Source: Chrysochromulina tobinii (taxonomy: Eukaryota). From it: 35,709 bases of DNA. The stretch covers positions 1 through 35,709 of the forward strand of contig JWZX01001686.1 in the NCBI GenBank assembly GCA_001275005.1, written 5' to 3'. Below, piece after piece: positions 19,739 to 28,684 of the stretch. The notes beneath the pieces were generated by a model. It was given only the letters and a program-made list of their open reading frames with translations, was not told the origin of the DNA and made no database searches. Made by a program: the position numbers and the translations under genes. Position 1 is the stretch's first letter. Every line of letters begins with the position of its first letter.

Positions 19739-21130
19739 ATGGCGACCGCGAGCGCTCCACGCGCCGCCGCGCTCGTCGCGGGCAACATCATCATGTGGGC
19801 GTCTGAAATCAATCTCATGAAGGACGTCAAGACGTGGGATCCGTGCCTGTATGCGTTGCCGCCGCCGTCGTTGCCGACGTCGCTGCCGCCCCCGCCGCCG
19901 CTGCGTCCCGCGCACAGCGACGACGGTGGCGACCACGCGGCATGCCCGTGGTCTCATCCCATCTTTGTGGGCGTCGCGTTGAAGATGTTCTTCGTGCTCG
20001 TGCTGCCTCCGGGCCTGGCCGCGCTCGGGTGGCAAAGACGACACGAGCGGCCGCGGAGGCCGCTCGTGGACCGCCGCTTCTTCGTGCTCTCACTCGCCCT
20101 CGCATGCTTCATGCTCGGCGCGTCGGTCACATGGGTCGCCTCCATACCGCTCACGGTGCCGTCGATCAACGCGGCCCTCTACCAGCTATACACGCCGCTG
20201 ACGTACGTCTTTTCCATTCCTCTCTTGGGAGAGGCGCTCTCGCTCAGCAAGGCGCTCGGCGTGCTGCTCGCGCTGGCGAGCGTGCTGATGATCCTGCTCA
20301 GCAAGGCCACGTCCGAGAGCGGCACGCCCGCGCGCAGCGAGCTCATTGGCGACCTCCTCGTGCTCGCGAGTGCAGCTCTCTACGCGGTCAAGGGCGTCGT
20401 GTACAAGAGGTGGCTAGGCAGCTCGCCCGCTGCGGGGGAGGCTCTCGCTGGGCCGGCGCCGGCGCTCGCGGCGGCTGGCGCTGAGCTGCCATCTGCAGCC
20501 GAGTCCGGAGACGACGAATCACGAGTCCTCAAGCCCAGTCTGTGCGTGCACACGCCGCTGGCCGACGCAGCGGTCACCGTGGGGCTCATGGGCTTCTGGT
20601 CGTGCTTCATTGGGCCGCTGGTGATCCTGGCTGCACACACGAGCGGCGTAGAGCCCTTCTTGTGGCCGCCCTTGGTCATGCTGCGCGGCTACCTGATCGT
20701 CGAGCTCATGATGGCCATCGCGATGGGCTGTTTGTACGGTGCCCTCGCGTACGCGACGCCCACGTTCGTCTCAGTGTGCAGCCTCTTTGTCGAGCCGGTA
20801 ACGTTGGTGTGGGATGCAGCCGTTGGTCGCACGGCGTCCATCTCGTACATGGCCTTCCTTGGAGTGGGCCTGCTGCTCCTCGCGCTCTGCCTCGTCATCT
20901 GCGCTGACGATATCGACGAGATCCTGCGCGTACGCGCACGCCACTGCTGCCGTGGCACGCAGCAGCCGCTCCTATGCGACGCCTCCCCACTACCACCACG
21001 GCGCTCGTCCACTCCGCGGTGGCGCACGGCCGCTCCAAGCTTGCACTCGGGCAATCTTGTCCAATATGGGACCCCCACGACGGCCGTACAGCGAGCATGC
21101 ACGGCTCGGGCCGAAGGGGAACAAGGGTGA
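19739..21130 (+). CDS. Drug/metabolite transporter (EamA / SLC35F-like)
   Basis: About 10 hydrophobic segments; motifs TVPSINAALYQLYTPLTYVFSIPLLGEALSLSKALGVLLA, IGDLLVLASAALYAVKGVVYKR and TPTFVSVCSLFVEP. Confidence 0.85.
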   Translation: MATASAPRAAALVAGNIIMWASEINLMKDVKTWDPCLYALPPPSLPTSLPPPPPLRPAHSDDGGDHAACPWSHPIFVGVALKMFFVLVLPPGLAALGWQRRHERPRRPLVDRRFFVLSLALACFMLGASVTWVASIPLTVPSINAALYQLYTPLTYVFSIPLLGEALSLSKALGVLLALASVLMILLSKATSESGTPARSELIGDLLVLASAALYAVKGVVYKRWLGSSPAAGEALAGPAPALAAAGAELPSAAESGDDESRVLKPSLCVHTPLADAAVTVGLMGFWSCFIGPLVILAAHTSGVEPFLWPPLVMLRGYLIVELMMAIAMGCLYGALAYATPTFVSVCSLFVEPVTLVWDAAVGRTASISYMAFLGVGLLLLALCLVICADDIDEILRVRARHCCRGTQQPLLCDASPLPPRRSSTPRWRTAAPSLHSGNLVQYGTPTTAVQRACTARAEGEQG

Positions 21131-21478
21131 GATAGAGCGAGATGAAGGCTTTGGGCAAGGCGCGAAAAGGGCTTAATGCCCCGTGGAGAGGGTCTTCGCC
21201 GCTGGCGGATCGTCTCACTATGATCGTGTAGAATCATTGGCGGTTTTGATGCTTGATATTTCGGACGCGACACGCGAGACCGTAAGGAAACGCTGTGGTC
21301 AGCTCGATATTCGGTAGGACTCCTAGCTGTAAACGGCACCGGCCCACCGCATCGCAACCGCATCGCCATCGGCGCACCGCCGTGTACACTCGACTAGCTG
21401 CGACACGTCCCCCGGATCGTACATCGTATCTTTCACATAGTACTTCTGAGACTCAGACTGCTTTACACGCAGGCTCTA

Positions 21479-22306
21479 CTACAGCAAGACATCGTCCCAC
21501 CTTTGACCGAGCATCGAGTCAGGCAGGGCCTCACGAATGAGTGGGCCGGTCCAGCCCCATTGCTGGCAGATCCACTTTTCGCTGATGGCCGCAGCGCCCT
21601 CGTGGCAGACGCGCTCGTCCCGCACACCGCCGTGGAGCGGCATCTCCGAAGGGAAGTGGATGACGCCCATGCCGCGCTTGGGTTGAATGCTGAGCGCTGG
21701 ACCTCCTCCCAGAGCCTCAGGGTCGCGCATCTCGCCCGAACGCCCGAGCAACGGAAACACAGTGGCTCCGCCATCGGCGCAGTCACGAAGGTACACGAAT
21801 AAAGTGACCACTCGATTGCAGAACGGCGCAGCGCAAATTGGCAACCCGACTTCGCTGCCACCTGGAAGGCCATCGTTGTGAAGCTTGAAGCATTGGCCTG
21901 GCTCATATCTACTCACTTTAAGAGGCTCAAAGTGCGAAACTGGCATGTTCAGTAGTTCGCTGAAAATGCCGTGTAGTGATGGCACCTCACTCCAGTCGAC
22001 TGTGCCGTCTGACGAGGTTCGCGCTTCGTTGGGCACGTAACCTTCATTAGTCTGCACCAGCGATTGGCGCATGTGCGGTGCCGCTTTGGCGATGAGCTTC
22101 TCGCAAGTCTCCTTATCAAGGAGATCGTCGACTGCAAATATGGCAGGGTCTTCCGACAGTGCCCTCAACCCAGGAAATTGGCGATTGATGGGCCAGAACT
22201 GCGGTGATGGCCATAGCTCGAGCCGCGGCATGAGTGCTAGTGATACTGGTAGACAATGTAGACAAAGTGCTGCCCACAAAAGGGTGGCCAGACATGAAGA
22301 ATGCAT
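21479..22306 (-). CDS. Prolyl 4-hydroxylase-like 2OG-Fe(II) dioxygenase with N-terminal signal sequence
   Basis: DPAIFAVDDLL..CEKLI, RTS, EPLKVSRYEPGQCFKLHND (HxD), NRVVTLFVYL..GGATVFP, HEG..EKW. ATG 22306 begins a hydrophobic leader. Confidence 0.9.
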   Translation of the reverse strand: MHSSCLATLLWAALCLHCLPVSLALMPRLELWPSPQFWPINRQFPGLRALSEDPAIFAVDDLLDKETCEKLIAKAAPHMRQSLVQTNEGYVPNEARTSSDGTVDWSEVPSLHGIFSELLNMPVSHFEPLKVSRYEPGQCFKLHNDGLPGGSEVGLPICAAPFCNRVVTLFVYLRDCADGGATVFPLLGRSGEMRDPEALGGGPALSIQPKRGMGVIHFPSEMPLHGGVRDERVCHEGAAAISEKWICQQWGWTGPLIREALPDSMLGQRWDDVLL

Positions 22307-22502
22307 GGCAGATGTTGTCTGCAGAGGTCTGGCGTAATCCGGCCCCTGAAAAACATTATTCCGAAAGACACTCCGGATCACTGCTCCGGATCTCCGGTAT
22401 ATCTCCGGTAAAGTTGCGTTGCGCACACGGGCACGCCCCCCTCGCCCCGCTGAGGACGCTCAGCGGTCAGCGCACGCGTGCTCATGTGTTACATGTGGTG
22501 AA

Positions 22503-23117
22503 CTAGTACGTTGGCTGAGTATGGAACCCTCTACGGCTTGCGCCATGCCCGCACAGGGCCTTCGCGCACTTGAGGAGTCCAATCGGCGTGTCATCTTGCA
22601 CCAGCCGGGCAACGTTCTGATCATCGAGATAATGGATTTGGAGCGCCGCGTCGAGCTCGAAATTGAGATCGGCGAGCTCTGATGCGCCCGAGACAGCGCC
22701 CGTCTCGATGCAGGCGGCTGTGAGCGCCCCACGCAGCTCCGCGACTGACTCGATGGCTGCCATCGCCACGTGCACGATGTGCACGTTGCCATCGACCTCG
22801 ACGAAAGCTTTGATGGATTTGCCTTGTTTGCCTGGACGAGATCTCGGATGAATCTCGGATGGATCTCGCATGGATTTGCCTTGTTTGCCTGGACGAGATC
22901 TCGGATGAATCTCGGATGGATCTCGCATGGATTCGCCTAGTTTGCCTGGACGAGAGCCCTTGGAGACTGACGTCCGCTCTGGAGCGCCTGTAGACTCCTT
23001 CTTGAGCTTGGCGAGCGTCGTCGTCGCCGAGCGCACCGCTGCGGCCTTAGCGGCCGTGGTGATGTTTCGGCGGAAACTGGAAATTGCAGGGTCGTCGCCG
23101 ACGTCGCCGTCGCCGCC

Positions 23118-23153
<36 letters not shown>

Positions 23154-23855
23154 GTCTTCGTCGTCGTCGTCGTTCGCGTCTGCGTGCGTGATGATCGTGT
23201 GACGCTCGCACAGCGCGCGAACACACAGCACCCACACGAGCCCGAATCCGAGCAGGCCGCCTGCACCAAGCAGCACCGTGGCCGCAATCATGGACACGGG
23301 CGGCGGAGGCGAGGGAGGCGGTGGCGACGAGGGCGGTGGCGGTTGGTCTGGCTGGGGGCTGGGCGGCGGCAAGGGCTGAGGCGAGGGAGGCGGCGAGGGC
23401 CATGGTGGTGGCGGCGACGGCCTGGGTGGTGGCGGCGACGGTGGCTCCGGCGGCGGCAGCAGCGGCGGCGCCTGCGGGCAGAACTGACAAGCTTTGCATG
23501 CGCACATTATGCAGTGATGATCCGAGACCTTGGAATCGCACCACGGGAAGCATTCTCTGTTGTTGACATCTTGCGCCGAGGTAGGCTCGCACGTGGTGTC
23601 CAGGTGGCAGAAAAGACACGCCTCGCAATCGCAATGCAAGACGCAGTGCTGGGTTTTGAACAGCGGGTTACAGAAGCTCGAGCAGCTTGGTTTGCGGCCA
23701 GTCGCGACGCACGACTTGTCCTCAACAGGGTGACCCGCTTGAGCAGAATGGCAGGCAGCATAGAGAATCGTAAAAGTTAAAATGGCACGCGGCAGCTGCG
23801 CGGCAGAGCACATTGCGTGTCGCGTACGGGCAAACTTCGATACGAGCGGATGCAT
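22503..23855 (-). CDS. Type I membrane protein: signal, Cys-rich repeats, poly-Pro stalk, TM helix, poly-Asp tract, C-terminal beta-grasp/PB1-like segment
   Basis: 450-aa ORF with two C..C..HC..C.C.AC.FC units, SPPPP repeats, hydrophobic MIAATVLLGAGGLLGFGLVWVLCV and a long Asp run. Confidence 0.75.
22813..22955 (-). repeat. 57-bp in-frame tandem repeat (2.5 copies)
   Basis: Units start at 22813, 22870 and 22927; they encode SMRDPSEIHPRSRPGKQGK. Confidence 0.93.
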
Positions 23856-23930
23856 GCTTATTCATATTGGATGGTTGTGATGTTCGTCGTGTGATCCGAT
23901 TGCCCGTGTGCGCCCGTGTGTCCCGTGAAA

Positions 23931-23961
23931 GTCCCGGCTCCCCCCGGTGTCTTTGAACCGG
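23931..23961 (+). promoter_or_regulatory. Conserved ~31-bp intergenic motif, copy 3
   Basis: GTCCCGGCTCCCCCCGGTGTCTTTGAACCGG between divergent genes. Confidence 0.55.
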
Positions 23962-24126
23962 AGACAAACGGAACCGCGGTTCGGAGAATTGCATCCGGTT
24001 CCCTGCATCGGGCACTCATCGGGCTCGTGCTTGAGGGCACGCGGTCGACGACGCCGATCATCCCGCCGGACGCCCGACCGCCACCGAAACACGTTGGCCG
24101 ATTGAGCACCTGCGTGGGCAATAGCG

Positions 24127-27100
24127 ATGGGGAAGAAGGATGAGCGTAAGAAAAAGGAGGAGGAGCGTCAAATGTCTCGGGAACTCGACGCCGACCTGGT
24201 CGATGAGAGTCTCGCTCGCCAGGCTGCGAAGCTGAGCACGAAGCCGGTGATCGACAAAGGCGTGGAGGAGCTCTTCGAGAAGAAGCTGACCAAGGAGGAG
24301 AAGAAGGAGCTGGCGGCCAAGAAGAAGGCGGAGCGAGAAGCACGCAAGGCGGCAGCAGGGGCAGATGCTGGGGGCGACTGTGACGACGACGACGAAGCTG
24401 GGGCACCCGGCACCACGGATCCGGCGTCGGCGGCCAAGGCGAAGACTACGAAGGCGAAGCCCGAGACGAAGGCGGATAAGGTGCTGCGCGAGGCCGCGCT
24501 TCTCGACCAGGAGCTTGAGGAGGCGCGCGTGCGCGCCGTGCGCCTTCGCAACGCCGAGGGTGCTTACCTCGGCCAGATCGAGGCGACGGGATTCTCGTTA
24601 GCCAACCCGGGCGGCGGCCCCGATCTGCTCGAGCGTGCGAGCTACACGCTGCAGCGAGGGCGGTCGTACGGTCTCGTGGGCCGCAACGGGTGCGGCAAGA
24701 GCACGTTACTCAAGGCGATGGCCTCGCGGCGTGTGGGGAACATCCCGCCGGCTGTGACGGTGCACTACGTGTCTCAAGAGGTCGTCCTGACCGAGGCGAC
24801 GCTCAAGATGACGCCCGTGGAGGTGGTGGTGAACGCGGACGTGGAGCGTCGGCTCTTGCTCGAGGAGCGTGACGCGCTGCTGGCGGCGGAGGCACGCGGA
24901 GAGCCCATCGATGGCGAGCGGCTGCAGGGGCCCGGTGGTGTGCTGGAGCAACTTCAGCTGATGGACGAGGAGACGGTCGAGAGGTGAGTGCGTCTGAGTG
25001 CATCGGAGTGCATCGGAGTGCATCTGAGTGCATCTGAGTGCGTCTGAGTGCATCTGAGTGCGTCTGAGTGCATCTGAGTGCGTCTGAGTGCATCTGAGTG
25101 CGTCTGAGTGCATCTGAGTGCATCTGAGTTCATCCGAGTGCATCGGAGTGCATCGGAGTGCGACTAGTTGCCTCGGTTGCCCTCAGATGCCCTCCCTGGT
25201 TGCATCTGATGGTCTCCCTCATCAGCTGATGCCCTCCCTGATCGCTCCCCTTCCTCAGGCGCGCCACGACGCTGCTGGTCAACCTCGGCTTCTCTGACGA
25301 GCTGCGCGCCCGTCCGATGGCGGCCCTCTCCGGCGGCTGGCGTGTTCGCACATGCCTCGCCGCGGCGATCTTCGGCAAGCCGGACATGTTGCTGCTCGAT
25401 GAGCCAACGAATCACCTGTCGATCGGAGCGGTGCTCTGGCTCGCTCGGGAGCTCAAGACGAACCCTACCTGGTGAGTGCCGTTGATTGCCGTTGATTGCC
25501 TCGGATGGCCTCGGATGGCCCCTGCTTGCGTCTGAGTGCGTCTGAAGACCTGACTGATGACGTCTGATTGCACGCCTCATCAGAGAGGATAGGATCATCG
25601 TCACTGATGACGTCTGATTGCGCGCCTCATCAGGGAGGATAGGATCATCGTCACTGATGACGTCTGATTGCGCGCCTCATCAGGGAGGATAGGATCATCG
25701 TCGTGGTGAGTCACGATCGCTTCTTCCTTGACTCGGTCTGCGGCGACATCTTGCACGTCTCGGGCGTCGCCAAGCGCCTCTCACAGTCCCACGGCTCATA
25801 CTCCACCTGGGCCCAGCGCCGTGCCGAGCAGCAGAAGGCCTTCGCGCGAGCAGTCGAGCTCCGGCGTGCCGAGATCGCCGAGCTCCGTGAGTACGCGGGG
25901 CATGGCTTCAAGTACGGCGGCTCGGGCTCGCAGATCGCCAAGATGCAGATGAAGGCTAAGCAGGTGCATCTGGAGGAGGAGTACCTCTGAGTGCCTATGA
26001 TGGGCTCTGATTGCCTCTGATTGCCTCTGATTGCATCTGGAGGAGTACCTCTGAGTACCTCTGATTGCCTCTGATTGCCTCTGATTGCATCTGGAGGAGG
26101 AGTACCTCTGATTGCCTCTGATTGCCTCTGATTGCCTCTGATTGCCTCTGATTGCCTCTGATTGCCTCTGATTGCCTCTGACTGACTATGATAGGCTCTG
26201 ATTGCCTCCGAGTGCCTCTGAGTTGCTGTGATTGGTTCCCTCCTCAGGCCGATAAGCTCGAGGAGGAGGAGGAGGCGGAGAAGGAGGAGCTGGCCGCGCT
26301 GCAGGAGGACGTCGAGCTCCCCCTCAATCTCAAGGTACGTTGATTACCACTGATTACCACTGATTACCACTGATTGCCACTGATGACGTCGAGCTCCCCC
26401 TCAATCTCAAGGTACGTGGATTGCCACTGATGACCTGCCTGGCATGCAAGTGCTCACCACGGCGCTGCGGGCTCCCCTGAATCTCAAGTCGGGAGGCCAG
26501 ATCGATTGCCCCTGATGACCTGCCTGGCATGCAAGTGCTCACCACGGCGCTGTGGCTCCCCTGACTCTCAAGTCGGGAGGCCAGATCGACGGCTTTTGTG
26601 TGCAGCTGCGCGGCGTCGCATTCGGGTACCCGGGCTCCGACGCGCCTCTCTTCCGCAACGCCGAGCTGTCGGTGGACACGAAGTCGCGCATTGTGCTGCT
26701 CGGCGAGAATGGGAACGGCAAGTCGACCCTCTGATGGGCTCTGATGGCCACTGATGGCCACTGATGGCCACTGATGGCCACTGATGGGCTCGGATGGGCT
26801 CTGATGGGCTCTGATGGGCTCTGATGGGCTCTGATTGCCTCTGTTGGCCTCTTGATGGCCTCTTGATGGCCTCTGATGGCCTCTGATTGCCTCTGATGGC
26901 CTCTGCGTGCATGTGATCGCCTCCATCATCAGGCAAGTCGACCCTCGTGAAGCTGATGACGGGATCACTCGAGCCAACCGAGGGCGAGATCAAGCGCAAC
27001 GCTAAAGTGCGGATCGCCATCGTCAATCAGCACCACGCCGACCAGCTCAACCTCGAGATGACGCCCATTGAGTTCATGAAGCATAAGGTGAGCGCTCGTC

Positions 27101-28409
27101 GCAGCGCTCGCGATCATTGCGCTCGATGACGATCGATGGCGACGGAATGCCACTACCCTGTACTTCCATCGATTGTACTCAGTAGTTGCCTCTGATTGGC
27201 ACCGGTGGACTCGAATGGCCTCTGAGTGCCACCCGACACTTGCGTCCACCCGACGCTTGCGTTGCCTCGTCCTGTTCCCTGGGACGCTCTGCAGCGCACT
27301 GACGAACCCTGCTGATGGCTCTGCTGCGCACTGACGAACCCTGCTGATGGCTCTGCTGCGCACTGACGAACCCTGCTGACGGCTCTGCTGCGCACTGACG
27401 AACCCTGCTGACGGCTCTGCTGCGCACTGACGAACCCTGCTGACGGCTCTGCTGCGCACTGACGAACCCTGCTGACGGACCATCCTGCGCACTGACGAAC
27501 CCTGCTGACGGCTCTGCTGCGCACTGACGAACCCTGCTGACGGACCATCCTGCGTTGCCTCGTCCAGTTCCCTGGCGATGGCTCGGCGGCGCACGACACG
27601 CTGCTACGCTCGCATCTCGATCGGATGGGGGTGCCCACAGTGAAGCAGACGGTGCCGGCGTATGGCTTGTCCGGCGGGCAGCGCTCTCGCGTCGCTCTCG
27701 CGGCCGTCTCGTAAGTCGAGCTTTGATTGCACGTGATCTCGTATGTCGAGCTTTGATTGCACGTGATCTCGTATGTCGAGCTTTGATTGCACGTGATCGC
27801 CTCCTCATGGCCTCAGATGGCCTCCTTCATCAGGTACTCCGCCCCTTGGGAGATTGCATCTGAGTGCGTCTGAGTGCGTCCCTCATCAGGTACGTCGAGC
27901 CGCACATCCTCGTGCTCGACGAGCCTACGAACAACCTTGACCTTGAGTCCGTGGCAGCGCTCGCGGATTGCGTCGAGCGCTTTGATGGGGGCGTCATCCT
28001 CGTGTCGCACGACCAGGTACCTCTGATGACCTCTGATGACCTCTGATGACCTCTGATGGCCTCTGATGGCCTCTGATGGCCACTGATGGCCTCTGATGGC
28101 CTCTGATGGCCTCTGATGGCCTCTGATTGCCTCTGATTACCTCTTAGTGCCTCGAACCGCCACTGATGGCCGCGCCATCGCCCCGTACGCGCAGTACTTC
28201 GTGGGACGGGTGGCCTCTCTGAGTGCCTCTGATGACCTCTGATGACCTCTGATGACCTCTGATTGCCGCACGCGCAGTACTTCGTGGGACGGGTGGCCAG
28301 GGAGGTGTGGCTCGTCGCGAAGCAGGCCGTCAGCCGGGTTGAAAGCTTCGAAAAGTACCGCGACTACCAGCTCAAGAAGCTCGCCCCCCTGGTGGTCGAC
28401 GTCAATTGA
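24127..28409 (+). CDS. ABC-F family ATPase (GCN20/ABCF3-like), 9 exons, ~712 aa
   Basis: Exons 24127-24983, 25259-25471, 25684-25963, 26248-26334, 26573-26717, 26933-27087, 27568-27710, 27890-28016, 28278-28409 (2139 nt, open frame). Two NBDs: GRNGCGKST/LSGGWR/LLLDEPTNHL/VSHDR and GENGNGKST/LSGGQR/LVLDEPTNNLD/VSHDQ; no TM domain. Intron 5 is GC-AG. Confidence 0.93.
24985..25162 (+). repeat. Intronic decamer array (CTGAGTGCAT/CTGAGTGCGT)n
   Basis: About 17 copies in ABC-F intron 1. Confidence 0.95.
26006..26222 (+). repeat. Intronic decamer array (CTGATTGCCT)n
   Basis: ABC-F intron 3, interleaved with three TGCATCTGGAGGAG..TACCTCTGA blocks. Confidence 0.95.
27294..27552 (+). repeat. Intronic 32-bp minisatellite x8
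   Basis: GCGCACTGACGAACCCTGCTGACGGCTCTGCT units in ABC-F intron 6. Confidence 0.95.
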
Positions 28410-28684
28410 GACGACCATTGAACCGCGACCGAGATCGCCATTTTGGGGCTGCGTGGCTGCACTTCTCGTAGATTGGTATTGCGACACTCACAGCGGGCGT
28501 GAACCTGTGCCTTTCGTGACGTGGACCGTGTGCTTAGGGACGGGTGGAAGACTACACGGTGATCTCGAACTTAAACTTGAGTCGAGAGTCTCGCTAAATC
28601 TGACGAAACTCAGACTCGACGACGATTAAAAAAAATATTTCGGTTGAAAAATGCCCAAATGAAGATTCTTCCATCAAGGTCCAA

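Noticed and set aside
27153..27808. Minus-strand ORFs with repeated AEPSAGFVSAQQS and a CRISPR-like 32-mer
   Set aside because: Antisense translations of an intronic minisatellite; no spacers.
24127..28409. ABC-F and DUF179 loci as fragmented pseudogenes
   Set aside because: Canonical GT-AG or GC-AG splicing restores complete open frames with intact motifs.
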